64,000 nt of DNA from Bryobacterales bacterium (GCA_965116065.1 OZ220485.1:5040347-5104346), one strand, 5' to 3'. Positions 37,875-48,903 are shown, counted from the stretch's first letter. Notes: generated from the sequence alone by a model not told the origin. Numbers and translations are program-made.

Positions 37875-40837
37875 AACTCCGTTTCGAACCTGACCTCGAT
37901 TTTCAGTTGCAGGCGGTAGACGCCGTTTGTGACCTGTTCCGCGGTCAGGAGGTCTGCCGGACGGAGTTCACGGTTATCCGGGACCAGCAAGAATCGTATG
38001 TCTTTACTGAGGACACTCTCGGCGTCGGCAACCGTCTGACATTGCTCAACGAAGAGATCCTGAAGAACCTCAACGACATTCAACTCCGCAACGGCCTGCC
38101 GCCGTCCTCGTCTCTTAACTCTGGCGACTTCACAGTGGAGATGGAGACCGGCACTGGTAAGACCTATGTCTATCTGCGCACGATCTTCGAGCTGAATGAG
38201 CGCTACGGTTTCACCAAGTTCGTCATTGTCGTCCCATCGATCGCAATCAAGGAAGGTGTCTACAAGTCGCTCCAGATCACCGATGGTCATTTCCGCACCC
38301 TCTATTCGGGCACGCCGTTCGAGTACTTCCTCTACGACTCGGCAAAGCTCGGCCAAGTGCGCAATTTTGCCACGAGTCCCCAGATCCAGATCATGGTCGT
38401 AACGGTCGGTGCCATCAACAAGAAGGACGTCAATAACCTCTACAAGGATAGCGAGAAGATGGGCGGCGAAAAGCCGATCGACCTAATCAGAGCCACCAAG
38501 CCGATCCTGATCGTGGACGAACCGCAGAGCGTGGACGGCGGCTTGAAGGGGCAGGGCAAGCAAGCCCTTGGTGCGATGGATCCGCTATGCACGCTGCGCT
38601 ATTCAGCGACGCATGTCGACAAGCACCACATGGTCTACCGACTGGATGCCGTCGATGCCTACGAGCGAAAGCTCGTCAAACAGATCGAGGTGGCATCGGC
38701 GACTGTCAAGGACGCCCACAATCGACCTTATGTCCGGCTCATCTCGACGAGCAACAGACGGGGTGACATCAGCGCGAAGGTTGAACTCGCTATCGAGAGC
38801 GCTGGTAAAGTACGTCGAGTCGAACGGGTAGTTCGAGATGGCGACGATCTCGAGCAGACGACAGGGCGCAAGATCTATCGCGACTGCCACATCGGCGAGA
38901 TCAGGACCGGAAGAGGAAGTGCATTTGTTGAACTCCGAGTGCCAGCCGACGAGATCTTCCTTCAGGAAGGCGAAGCTTGGGGTGATGTGGACAGCACCGC
39001 CGTTGAGCGCCAGATGATCCGGCGCACCATTCGCGAGCATCTGGACAAGGAGATGCTCCTGCGCCCACAGGGAATCAAGGTGCTGAGCCTCTTCTTCATC
39101 AAAGCGGTCGATCGCTACCGCCGCTATGACGACAACGGGAACGCGGTCAAGGGAGACTATGCCCTCCTGTTCGAGGAAGAGTACCGGCGGCTCGCGCGAC
39201 ATCCGGACTATCGGTCGCTGTTCGGAGAAGTGGATCTCACTGCGACAGCCGAGGATGCCCACGACGGTTATTTCTCGATCGACAGGAGAGGCGGTTGGAC
39301 GGACACCCCCGAGAAGAACCAGGGCGACAATGCGGCGCGCGCCTACAACCTGATCATGAAGGAGAAGGAGAAGCTGCTCAGCCTTGATGAACCACTCAAG
39401 TTCATCTTCTCCCATTCGGCACTGCGCGAGGGGTGGGACAATCCCAATGTCTTCCAAATTTGTGCCCTGCGTGACATTCAGACGGAGCGCGAGAGACGTC
39501 AGACAATCGGGCGAGGGCTGCGCCTTTGCGTGAACCAGGATGGTGAACGCCTGCGCGGATTCGAATTGAACACCCTGACCGTGGTCGCCAGAGAAAGCTA
39601 TGAGGAGTTCGCCGAGGGACTCCAGCGGGAAATCGAGAAGGACTCCGGAATCCGCTTTGGTGTCGTCGAACCACACCAGTTTGCACAGATTCCGGTGTCC
39701 AGCAGTGAAGAGGAAACGAGAGTTCTCGGATTTGACAGGTCGCAGATCCTGTACGATCATCTTCGGCAGAACCGGTATATCGACGACCGTGGACGAATAC
39801 AGGACTCTCTCCGCAAGGCGGTCCGGGACGACACGCTTGCGCTGCCCGACGGATTTGGTGCGCAACGGGCGGAAATCACCGCCATGTTGCAAAAGCTCGT
39901 TGGGCGCTTCGAAATCAAGGACGCCGATGAACGCCAGACCGTCCGCCCCCGCCAAGCGGTACTCGACAGCGCGGAATTCAAGGCTTTGTGGGACCGTATC
40001 AAATACAAGACCGTCTACCGTGTGAACTTTGACAACGAAGCCCTGCTGGAGCAGTCGGCGACGGCGTTACGAAATGCCCCGACGATTCCCCGGACACGGC
40101 TGCAATGGCACACGGCGGGCTTGGCTATCGGACAGTCGGGGGTGGAGGCGACCGAAATCGCGGAATCGGGTCCTGTCGTTCTCGAAGAAACCGATATCGA
40201 GCTGCCGGATCTGCTAACCGAGCTGCAGGACCGGACGCAACTCACCCGGCGCAGCATCTATAGCATCCTTGTCCGTAGTCAACGTCTCGACGACTTCAGG
40301 CGCAATCCGCAGCAGTTCATCAAGACTGCCGCAGATGTCATCGATCGCTGCAAGCGACATGCACTGGTGGACGGCATCAAGTACCGGCGGGTGGGAGAAG
40401 ACTCGTACTTCGCTCAGGAGCTCTTCGAGAAGAAGGAACTCACCGGATATCTCCGGAATATGCTCGCGGTCAAGAAATCGGTTCACGAACAGGTCGTCTA
40501 CGAATCCAACACGGAACGCCGCTTCGCAACAGATCTGGAGAAGAATGATGCCGTCAAGGTCTACGCCAAGCTTCCCGGCTGGTTCACGGTGCCGACACCG
40601 CTCGGGAGTTACAACCCCGACTGGGCCATACTTTTCGACACGGATGAAGGCGAACGGCTCTATCTCGTCGTCGAGACGAAAGCGAGCATTCTGCAAGACG
40701 ATTTACGGCCGATGGAAGCCGACAAGATCGAATGCGCCAAGGCACACTTCGATGCCTTGGCAATCGTCGACAACCCCGCCAGATACGAAACTGCTTCCAG
40801 TGTCAGTCAATTGATCGAAGGATGTGCCGCAGACTGA
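37871..40837 (+). CDS. res: Type III restriction endonuclease Res subunit (helicase plus PD-(D/E)xK nuclease)
   Basis: METGTGKTYVY (Walker A) and LIVDEPQSV (DEPQ box). The C-terminal PDWAILFD...LVVETKAS is the nuclease motif. ATGA overlap with the hicB stop. Confidence 0.9.
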   Translation: MKLRFEPDLDFQLQAVDAVCDLFRGQEVCRTEFTVIRDQQESYVFTEDTLGVGNRLTLLNEEILKNLNDIQLRNGLPPSSSLNSGDFTVEMETGTGKTYVYLRTIFELNERYGFTKFVIVVPSIAIKEGVYKSLQITDGHFRTLYSGTPFEYFLYDSAKLGQVRNFATSPQIQIMVVTVGAINKKDVNNLYKDSEKMGGEKPIDLIRATKPILIVDEPQSVDGGLKGQGKQALGAMDPLCTLRYSATHVDKHHMVYRLDAVDAYERKLVKQIEVASATVKDAHNRPYVRLISTSNRRGDISAKVELAIESAGKVRRVERVVRDGDDLEQTTGRKIYRDCHIGEIRTGRGSAFVELRVPADEIFLQEGEAWGDVDSTAVERQMIRRTIREHLDKEMLLRPQGIKVLSLFFIKAVDRYRRYDDNGNAVKGDYALLFEEEYRRLARHPDYRSLFGEVDLTATAEDAHDGYFSIDRRGGWTDTPEKNQGDNAARAYNLIMKEKEKLLSLDEPLKFIFSHSALREGWDNPNVFQICALRDIQTERERRQTIGRGLRLCVNQDGERLRGFELNTLTVVARESYEEFAEGLQREIEKDSGIRFGVVEPHQFAQIPVSSSEEETRVLGFDRSQILYDHLRQNRYIDDRGRIQDSLRKAVRDDTLALPDGFGAQRAEITAMLQKLVGRFEIKDADERQTVRPRQAVLDSAEFKALWDRIKYKTVYRVNFDNEALLEQSATALRNAPTIPRTRLQWHTAGLAIGQSGVEATEIAESGPVVLEETDIELPDLLTELQDRTQLTRRSIYSILVRSQRLDDFRRNPQQFIKTAADVIDRCKRHALVDGIKYRRVGEDSYFAQELFEKKELTGYLRNMLAVKKSVHEQVVYESNTERRFATDLEKNDAVKVYAKLPGWFTVPTPLGSYNPDWAILFDTDEGERLYLVVETKASILQDDLRPMEADKIECAKAHFDALAIVDNPARYETASSVSQLIEGCAAD

Positions 40838-41208
40838 CACTGCGGAAATCCGAGGAAGTCGAACGTCTCCGGGCGGCCCTCCTGGCATCCACGACGATGT
40901 GCTGTCGAGAGCGGTCCGCACTCGATCCGCCGAGCCCTCTACAGGAACAAGCTGCAACCGTGAATGGCGCATCGCGCGCTCAGTTCGCACAAGCATCGTC
41001 CGACCTCATGGCAAAGTCGGAACCCGTCATGACCTCACGGGCGCGGGGCACGGTAATCCCTGTAGCATCGGATCCGTGTGTACGGGCTCCACTGCGGCGT
41101 ACCCGGCCAGAACCCTCCCCCACTGAATTTCCGTGGCCCCGTTCCTTCGGTTCCACGTTCCTCGACGGAATTCGCTGTCTTTTCCCTGTATTCTGGTACT
41201 CGGGGTAG

Positions 41209-42914
41209 ATGCAACAGGACAACTCCCCCCAGTTCGAGACGACGCCGGCAGAGTTTCGGCTGCGGGATGTGGTGATCCGGCTGGTACAGCCGGAGGAGAG
41301 CAGACGCTGGGATGCCTTGGTCGATGAGTACCACTATCTCGGTTTCAGGCGCTTCGCCGGACGCGGTCTGCGCTACGTCTTTGCATGGCGGGGCCGCTGG
41401 GTCGGCTTGGCGGGCTGGCAGTCGGGAGCGTTCAAGTGCAAGCCCCGCGACCGTTGGGTGGGCTGGCCACAGTCGATCCAGTTTCAGCGCCTGCACCTGC
41501 TCGCCAACAATACGCGGTTCTTGATTCTCGGTGCACCCGGGGTGTTTCCCAATCTGGCTTCCCATGCGCTCTCACGCATGACCCGGCGGCTGAGTGCGGA
41601 CTGGGAGGCAATCTATGGCCATCCGCTGCTGGCGGCGGAAACGTTTGTGGATCCGGCGCGCTTCGCGGGCCGGATGTACCAGGCGGCGGGCTGGCTACGT
41701 CTGGGCCAGACCAAGGGATTCGCGCGAGCGGGCGGGCGCTACACCGATTCGCATGGACAACCCAAGGACCTCTATGTCTGGCCGCTCCGCCGGGATGCGC
41801 AGCGCCGTCTGCGGGACCCCGCCCCACTGCCGGATGCGTTCGCGCCCAACCCGGGAGGCGCAGTCTCCTCCGGTCGGCTTCCCGAACTGCGCTCGCTGTA
41901 CGACGAACTGATGGCAATCCCCGACTTCCGGCGCGCCCAGGGCCGCAAACACACGATCGCCTCGGTACTGGCCGTCTACCTGCTCGCGCGCTTGGCCGGT
42001 ATACGGGGCGGCCGGGCAGCCGCTCAGTATGCCCAGTCGCTGAGTCAGAAGGAATTGACACTGTTGGGCGCCTGGCAGAATCGGAAGACCGAGCGGTATG
42101 AACCCCCTTCGAAGTCGGTCATCTATCGGGTTCTGGAGCAGACCGACCCCGCCGTCCTGGAGGCCATACTGCAACGTCACGCAGCACCTCGCATCCAACT
42201 CGGCTTAGCCTTGGCGACGGACGGAAAGCGGATTCGCGAGGCGAGCCGGAACGAGACGGTGACACTGGTCGACCAAGCGACTGGTCTGCCGTTGGCGAGC
42301 CTCGGCTTCCCCGACGGCATTGGCGAGATCGCTGCTGTCCGGGCCGTGCTGGAAATGGCGCGACTCGACGGGAAGGTGATCACCCTCGATGCCCGGCACA
42401 CCGTCCGTGACATTGCCCGGCTGATCGTCGAAGACTACAGCGCTCAATACCTGATGATGGTCAAGGCCAGCGCCGAGAGGACGTTCGCCACCCTCACCGG
42501 TCTCCATTGGGACCAGCAGTCCACGGGCTTTCACGAAGACCCCGAGGTACGGGCGCATGGACTGGTCGAGCGAGATAGCATCCGCACGCTGATCCCACCC
42601 CCAGGCACCGTCAACTATCCTCACATCCGGCAGATCGTCCGGATTCAGATCGACCGCCGCCACATCAAGACCGGCGTCGCAGTCAGGAGATCATCTACGG
42701 CCTGACGTCGGTCCCTGAGCAACCAGGGAGTCCGCAACGGTTGCTGGGCTGGAGCCGCGGGCATGGGACCGTCGAGGATCAGAACCACCGCCCGTGCAGC
42801 ACCACCCTCTGCAACTGGTCCGCGATCGCGGTCATCCTGCATGAAGGACGGACCATCGCGGACGGGAAGCGCCACTCCTACCCCCATCGCAAGGCGGTGC
42901 TCGGCCCGGGCTGA
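41209..42914 (+). pseudogene. second DUF4338 plus ISAs1-family transposase gene, C-terminally decayed
   Basis: It has the same domain order as 3336-5219 (YHYLGF...NNTRFLILG...ETFVDPARFAGRMYQAAGW; LYDELMAIPDFRRAQGRKH; LATDGKRIREAS). A frameshift lies near 42690. The ISAs1 HWxIEN...ED region is partly deleted (...GHGTVEDQNHRP-CSTTLCNW...). Confidence 0.7.
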
Positions 42915-43133
42915 GATCACTGGCGGCGGAACATCTCCGCCGCGGCTGCGGTCGGTTCCCGTGCGTCGGGGCTGGCGAATGGACTCCAGACACCCGGTCG
43001 CCCGCCGGCCCCGGTTGCAGGAACAAGCCCTGACGGGCATCTCGACCGGACAGCAACAACCAGCAGTCGCTTGAAGAGCGGCCCATTGGACCGGACAGTC
43101 CACGTTATGATCGAATGATATTGGGCATTCTGC

Positions 43134-43988
43134 TTGTCGGAGTGCCTCGCAGCAATGCCTTGGTTCCGACGGGAGCACGAGCCCAAGCGGGTCCGCACGG
43201 AAGGTCTCTGGATCAAGTGCGATTCCTGTTCCACACCCATCTGGAAGAAGGATCTCGACGCGCAGGGAATGGTCTGCGGGAAGTGCGACTTCCATTTCAA
43301 GATCACGGCCCGGCAGCGACTGGACATGCTCTTCGATGACGGGGAATGGGATGAAATCTGCGGGGACCTGCGTTCCACGAACGCTCTGCACTTCGAGGAT
43401 CGCAAACCCTACGAGGATCGGCTCCGCGACGCCAAGCAGCGGACCGGACTCAACGACGCCGTGATCTGCGCGCGGGGAAAGCTCGAAGACCACGATGTGG
43501 TGATCGGTGCCATGGAATACGGTTTCATTGGTGGAAGCATGGGAGCCGTTGTCGGGGAGAAGCTCACGCGGGCCGCTGAACAGGCCCTCCGCGAGCGGAT
43601 GCCGCTCATCATCGTGTCCGCGTCCGGCGGCGCCCGCATGATGGAAGGCATGGTCAGCCTCGTGCAGATGGCGAAGGTCTCGGCGGCCCTGAAGAAGTTG
43701 GACCGCGCCAGGCTTCCGTACATCAGTGTCCTGACAGACCCGACGACAGGAGGGGTAACCGCCAGCTTCGCCATGCTCGGGGACCTGAATATCGCCGAGC
43801 CCGGAGCATTGATCGGATTCGCAGGACCACGGGTCATCGAACAGACGATCCGCCAGAAGCTGCCCAAGGGCTTCCAACGGTCAGAATTCCTCCTCAAGCA
43901 CGGCATGCTGGACGCCGTCGTCACACGCTCGGAACTCAAGCCGTTCATCGGCAACGCTCTCGAGTTCTTCCGTGGCCCAGCGGCCTAG
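43134..43988 (+). CDS. accD: acetyl-CoA carboxylase carboxyltransferase beta subunit
   Basis: Zn-ribbon CDSCSTPIWKKDL...VCGKCDFH followed by the carboxyltransferase domain. The start could be 43155 (MPWFRRE). Confidence 0.9.
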   Translation: MSECLAAMPWFRREHEPKRVRTEGLWIKCDSCSTPIWKKDLDAQGMVCGKCDFHFKITARQRLDMLFDDGEWDEICGDLRSTNALHFEDRKPYEDRLRDAKQRTGLNDAVICARGKLEDHDVVIGAMEYGFIGGSMGAVVGEKLTRAAEQALRERMPLIIVSASGGARMMEGMVSLVQMAKVSAALKKLDRARLPYISVLTDPTTGGVTASFAMLGDLNIAEPGALIGFAGPRVIEQTIRQKLPKGFQRSEFLLKHGMLDAVVTRSELKPFIGNALEFFRGPAA

Positions 43989-43994
43989 GCGCGC

Positions 43995-45278
43995 ATGGAA
44001 CCACTCGACCCGTCTGTCCGGTACCTCCATTCCCTGCCCGGCTCCCTCTCCAGGAAGTCCTTCGGCCTCCAGCGCATGCGACGACTGGTACGGGCGTTGG
44101 GCTCTCCCGAGCGGGCGCGGGGGATCATCCACGTGGCCGGTACGAACGGCAAGGGATCCACTTCCGCCATGATCGAGTCTGGACTCCGGGCGGCGGGCCA
44201 CTCGACGGGCTTGTACACATCACCGCACCTGGCCCGCATCCACGAGCGTTTTCTGCTGAATGGGCATCCGGTTTCCGACGCAGCGCTGGCGAAGGCCGTC
44301 GAGGCGGTCCGCAGGGCGAACGAACACATTGTCGAAATCCACGACAGGGCGACCCACCCAACGTTCTTCGAGTCCGCCACCGCGGTTGCGTTGGTGCTGT
44401 TCGAACAGGCGGATGCCGACTTCCGGATCGTGGAAACCGGTCTCGGGGGTCGGCTGGATGCCAGCAACGTCGTGGCCCCCGAACTGGTCGTCTTCACGCA
44501 TATCGACCACGATCACGAACGGTTCCTCGGCAGACGGCTGGAGCAGATTGCGAGCGAGAAGGGAGCAATCGCCAAGCGCGGCTGCCGCGCCGTGATCGGG
44601 ACCCAGGCCCCCGCGGCCCACAGCGTTCTGTTCCGATGCTGCCAGGAGGCGGGCGCGAGGATCCATGACGTGGAGAACGACTGGGAGGTCCGAAACGCCA
44701 CCAGCCGGTCCGGGCGATGGCGTTTCGACGCGGTCGGCCCGGCCGGAGCGGTTTCCGTTCAGCTCAGGCTCGCGGGCCGACATCAGGTCGACAACGCCCT
44801 CACGGCCGTAGCAGCCCTTGACGCCCTCGGAATTCCGGCCCGCCACATCGAAGAGGGCCTGCGCCGGGTCCGATGGCCCGGCCGCCTTGAGTTCGCCGGG
44901 ACACCGGCGCGATTCCTGCTGGATGCCGCGCACAACCCGGAGGGAGCTCGGGCCCTGGCCGAGTTCGTGGACCGGGAAGCACAGGGGCGCGACGTGGCCC
45001 TCGTGTACGGGTCTTCACGAGACAAGGCCATCGATGAAATCGCGGGCTGGATGTTCCCGGTCGCGGATCATGTGGTCCTGACGCGCTCCAGGGTGGAGAG
45101 GTCGGTGAGTCCCCGTGGACTCCTGGCCGCGGTGGGCCACCACCACCAGTGCATCGAGACGGCGCCCGATGTAGGTGCCGCCCTGGACCTGGCGGCCAGC
45201 CGGGTGGACGCAGGGGGCTGGATCGTCGTGGCAGGTTCCATCTTTCTCGTGGGAGAAGCGCGGGAACTGGTCGGATAG
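43995..45278 (+). CDS. folC: bifunctional folylpolyglutamate synthase / dihydrofolate synthase
   Basis: HVAGTNGKGSTSAM P-loop with a Mur-ligase layout. It follows accD as in many bacteria. Confidence 0.9.
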   Translation: MEPLDPSVRYLHSLPGSLSRKSFGLQRMRRLVRALGSPERARGIIHVAGTNGKGSTSAMIESGLRAAGHSTGLYTSPHLARIHERFLLNGHPVSDAALAKAVEAVRRANEHIVEIHDRATHPTFFESATAVALVLFEQADADFRIVETGLGGRLDASNVVAPELVVFTHIDHDHERFLGRRLEQIASEKGAIAKRGCRAVIGTQAPAAHSVLFRCCQEAGARIHDVENDWEVRNATSRSGRWRFDAVGPAGAVSVQLRLAGRHQVDNALTAVAALDALGIPARHIEEGLRRVRWPGRLEFAGTPARFLLDAAHNPEGARALAEFVDREAQGRDVALVYGSSRDKAIDEIAGWMFPVADHVVLTRSRVERSVSPRGLLAAVGHHHQCIETAPDVGAALDLAASRVDAGGWIVVAGSIFLVGEARELVG

Positions 45279-45296
45279 GATCAGGGGTTCCTCTGG

Positions 45297-46064
45297 ATGC
45301 GCGAGACCTTCAGCCTGCTCCGATCCGTGTGCTGGATGATCCCGATGCTCGGTGTCATCACGACCGTCATGGGGTTGCTTTCGATTCTCTCGTCCATCGT
45401 CGACAGCACCGGCGAGGTCCAGCAGGGGATCGCACGCAGATGGGGACGTATGCTCATGAGCGTGTTCCTGGTCGACGTACGCCTGCTCGGGAGCGAGCAC
45501 CTCACGGCGAACCAGCCGTATGTATTCGCTTCGAATCACTTCAGTCTGATCGACACCCCTCTGATGTTCGGCTTCATGCCCCGCAGTTTCCGCATCCTCG
45601 CAAGGTCGGGCCTCTGGACGATTCCGTTCATCGGCTGGCATCTCAGCCGCGCCGGTCACTTGCCGGTCGATCGGCAGAATCCACGGCGCGCAGCAAGGAA
45701 CATCGAGGACGCCGCCCGCCGGGTCGAGGGCGGACTGTCGATCCTCGTGTTTCCGGAAGGCGGTCGGCGCAGGGGGAAGCGGATGCGACGCTTCAAGACC
45801 GGCGCCGCCCATATCGCACTGGAGGCCGGTGTACCGATCGTCCCCATGGCGATCGCAGGAAGCGGGAGTGTCCTCCCGCCGGGATCGTGGCACCTGCGGC
45901 CCGGCGTCGTGGAACTCCGGATCGGGAACCCGGTCCCGACCAGAAATCGCAACGGCCTGACGGCTCGAACTCTCACGGACGAGTTGCAGGAAGCGATCGC
46001 GAAACTTGCCGCCCGTGCGCCGGCAACCGCATCGCAAACCACGAAAGGGAAACGGCAAGCATGA
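45297..46064 (+). CDS. plsC: 1-acyl-sn-glycerol-3-phosphate acyltransferase
   Basis: NHFSLID (HX4D) and FPEGGR motifs. Confidence 0.85.
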   Translation: MRETFSLLRSVCWMIPMLGVITTVMGLLSILSSIVDSTGEVQQGIARRWGRMLMSVFLVDVRLLGSEHLTANQPYVFASNHFSLIDTPLMFGFMPRSFRILARSGLWTIPFIGWHLSRAGHLPVDRQNPRRAARNIEDAARRVEGGLSILVFPEGGRRRGKRMRRFKTGAAHIALEAGVPIVPMAIAGSGSVLPPGSWHLRPGVVELRIGNPVPTRNRNGLTARTLTDELQEAIAKLAARAPATASQTTKGKRQA

Positions 46065-47578
46065 GTTACTGGCTGGGTATTGATATCGGAACGGGCGGCT
46101 CCAGGGCCCTTCTTGTCGACTCCGAAGGGAGAGTCGGCGGCGGGGTGACAGTTGCGCACGAGGAGATTCTCATGGAGCGTCCCCTCTGGGCCGAGCAGCG
46201 GCCGCAGGATTGGTGGAACGCGGCCAAGGAGGCAGTTCGCGGCGTCCTGGCTCAGGCCAGGTTGACCGGCAGAGATATCCGGGGGATCGGACTCTCCGGG
46301 CAAATGCACGGCCTGACCCTTCTGGATGCCGACAGCCAGGTCATTCGGCCCGCTCTCATATGGTGCGACCAGCGCAGCCAGGAACAGGTCGACTGGATCA
46401 ACGCCACCGCCGGACCGGACGCCGTTCTCGAGCAGACGGCCAACCCGGTCCTGACGGGCTTTACGGCTCCGAAACTGCTGTGGGTCCGGGACCATGACCC
46501 GGCCAGCTACGAGCGCGTCCGAACGATGCTGCTCCCGAAGGACTACATCCGGTTCATGTTGACCGGAGAATTCGCCAGCGACGTCTCGGACGCTTCCGGC
46601 ACGGCCCTGTTCGATGTCGTCGGCCGCCGCTGGGCGAAGCCGCTGATCGACCGGCTGGGAATCGACGCTTCGATCCTTCCGGACATCGTCGAATCCCCGG
46701 AGCAGACCGGCACGGTGTCGGCAGAGGCCGCAAGGCAGACGGGCCTCGCCCCCGGCACGCCGGTCGTCGGGGGAGCCGGTGACCAAGCGGCCAGCGCGGT
46801 CGGCAACGGCATCGTGGAGTCCGGCCTGGTATCGTGCACCATCGGTACGTCCGGAGTGGTGTTCTCGCATCTGGACAAGGCGACCTACGACCCGGACGGA
46901 CGGGTGCACACGTTCTGCCACGCGGTGCCCGGCAAGTGGCATCTCATGGGCGTTACACAAGGTGCCGGACTGAGCCTGCAGTGGTTCCGTAATCAACTGG
47001 CCGCAGGGCTCGCGGACACCGCTCTGGAGAAGGGTGTCGAGACGTACGATCTGCTGACCGACGAGGCGGAGAGAGTGCCCCCGGGAGCCGAGGGACTGAT
47101 CTGGCTTCCGTACCTGATGGGTGAACGGACACCGCATCTCGACCCATACGCCCGCGGGTGCTGGGTGGGCATCACGGCGAAGCACACGCGGGGCCATCTC
47201 GTCCGGTCGATTCTCGAAGGCGTTACCTACAGCCTCCGTGACTGTCTTGGCATCATCGAATCTCTCGGTGCGGACATCTCATCGGTGAGGGCCTCGGGCG
47301 GAGGAGCCAGGTCCGCATTGTGGCGAAGCATGCTCGCCAACATCTTGCAGAAGCCGATCGCGACCTTGCAGACGCAGGAGGGCTCAGCATACGGAGCGGC
47401 CCTGCTGGCGATGGCCGGAACCGGACATGTCGGATCGGTCCAGGAAGCCTGCCGGGTCATGATCGCCGAGGAACTGCGGACGGAGCCGAATGCCGGTGTC
47501 GCTGCAGCATACACTCGGTCGTACGCGCTGTTCAAGGAACTGTACCCCCGGCTCAAATCGATCTTCCCAGATCTGTAG
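46061..47578 (+). CDS. xylB: xylulokinase (FGGY family)
   Basis: MSYWLGIDIGTGGSRALL...LWAEQRPQDWW...GLSGQMHGLTLLD is colinear with XylB. ATGA overlap with plsC. Confidence 0.85.
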   Translation: MSYWLGIDIGTGGSRALLVDSEGRVGGGVTVAHEEILMERPLWAEQRPQDWWNAAKEAVRGVLAQARLTGRDIRGIGLSGQMHGLTLLDADSQVIRPALIWCDQRSQEQVDWINATAGPDAVLEQTANPVLTGFTAPKLLWVRDHDPASYERVRTMLLPKDYIRFMLTGEFASDVSDASGTALFDVVGRRWAKPLIDRLGIDASILPDIVESPEQTGTVSAEAARQTGLAPGTPVVGGAGDQAASAVGNGIVESGLVSCTIGTSGVVFSHLDKATYDPDGRVHTFCHAVPGKWHLMGVTQGAGLSLQWFRNQLAAGLADTALEKGVETYDLLTDEAERVPPGAEGLIWLPYLMGERTPHLDPYARGCWVGITAKHTRGHLVRSILEGVTYSLRDCLGIIESLGADISSVRASGGGARSALWRSMLANILQKPIATLQTQEGSAYGAALLAMAGTGHVGSVQEACRVMIAEELRTEPNAGVAAAYTRSYALFKELYPRLKSIFPDL

Positions 47579-48104
47579 ACTCAGCCGATCGCACAGGGGA
47601 ATCACCGGGACCCTCCGGCGCCGCTCGGTTGGCCCCTCGTACGCGAAAGCCCGGGCCGGCCGCATTCCCCCTTGGGACAAAATCGGTTTGACGGAACGAC
47701 CCGCCCGGGACCCGCTCGGCCGGAGTGGTGTTCCGTCAACCGCTACATTGCAGATGAAGTGTGTCTCGGAAGGGTCCCTCCGACGCCAGCGTCAATGCCC
47801 ATCAGCCTGGCGGAAACAGGCACCAGACCGTGGCCAATACCCGTCGCAAGGGCAAGTCCGGCCCGCAATCGACGAATGACGGAACCTTGGTCGGCGAACC
47901 CCTGCCCCGTACGGGTCCCGGATTCTCTCGCCAACCCCGGCCGTCGACTCCAGGGCCTGAGATTCCGATCGGCCCCCCTGTCCGGCACTCTGAGACGGCC
48001 GGCTGGAGCCCGCCCGTAGCGAACGGAAGCCAGTCGGGAGCGCCGACCGCATCCTGTATTCCTGTATAGTGTGCAGGCACGGCTTACCGGCCGCGACCGA
48101 AACC

Positions 48105-48872
48105 ATGCCGGACGGGCGCTTCATTGAGCAGGCTCTGCCCGCACGGGTACCCGCATACTCTCCCGTCCACTACCCCGACTGTGATGGACAACCGCTGGCG
48201 GTGAATGACACCCACTACTTCGCGATCAACTCGATCCGGGATCCGTTGCCGTCGCGCTACCAGCAGCGCGACGATGTCTACGTGGTCTACGTGACCGGGG
48301 ATCTGCTGCTGTACTACAAGGAGCACGACAATACCCAGTCGGTGGCACCGGACGTGATGGTGGTGCTGGGGGTGGCGAACCGGCGGCGGAAAACGTACCT
48401 GCTGTGGGAGGAAGGCAAACCCCCGGACGTGGTGGTGGAGGTCAGTTCCCCGGGTTCGTTCCGGCAGGACCGGACGGAGAAGCGGGAGCTCTATGGGAAG
48501 TTGGGGGTCCGGGAGTATTTCCTGTACGTCCCGGACTATGACGATATGGACGGCAGCGGGCGGATGTTCGCCTTTCGACGGTGGGGCAAGGGGTTGGTGG
48601 AGGCAGATCCGGAGCGCGAGATCGGGGGCGAGCCGGAATACGCGAGCGAGGTGTTGGGGGTGGGCTTCCGGGCGGAGGACTACCGGGGCCGGCTGCGGGA
48701 TCTGAAGACGGGTCTGGATTTGCCGTGGCCGGAGGAATCGGAGGAAGCCCGCAAGGCCGAGGCGAACGCTCGCCGCATCGCGGAGCAGGAACGCGAGCAG
48801 GAGCGGCAGGCCCGCCAGTTGGTAGAGGAGCGTCTCGCCAGACTGCAGGCACGTCTGCGAGACGAGGAATGA
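48105..48872 (+). CDS. Uma2-family (DUF820) endonuclease with a charged coiled-coil tail
   Basis: ...YPDCDGQPLAVND...APDVMVV...PPDVVVEVSSPGS...DRTEKRELYGKLGVREYF is the Uma2 PD-(D/E)xK pattern. Confidence 0.8.
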   Translation: MPDGRFIEQALPARVPAYSPVHYPDCDGQPLAVNDTHYFAINSIRDPLPSRYQQRDDVYVVYVTGDLLLYYKEHDNTQSVAPDVMVVLGVANRRRKTYLLWEEGKPPDVVVEVSSPGSFRQDRTEKRELYGKLGVREYFLYVPDYDDMDGSGRMFAFRRWGKGLVEADPEREIGGEPEYASEVLGVGFRAEDYRGRLRDLKTGLDLPWPEESEEARKAEANARRIAEQEREQERQARQLVEERLARLQARLRDEE

Positions 48873-48903
48873 GGCTCGGCCCAGCGAACGTACGGGCTCG
48901 GCG

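Noticed and set aside
3336-42914. Composite transposon formed by the two DUF4338-ISAs1 genes.
   Set aside because: The two copies are highly divergent at the DNA level, and one is decayed. No matching terminal repeats were found. The interval also contains housekeeping genes such as asd.
47688-47739. A 10-bp inverted repeat (ttgacggaac ... gttccgtcaa) with a 32-nt loop downstream of xylB.
   Set aside because: The loop is large, there is no U-tract and no second copy. Evidence is insufficient for a terminator or regulatory site.
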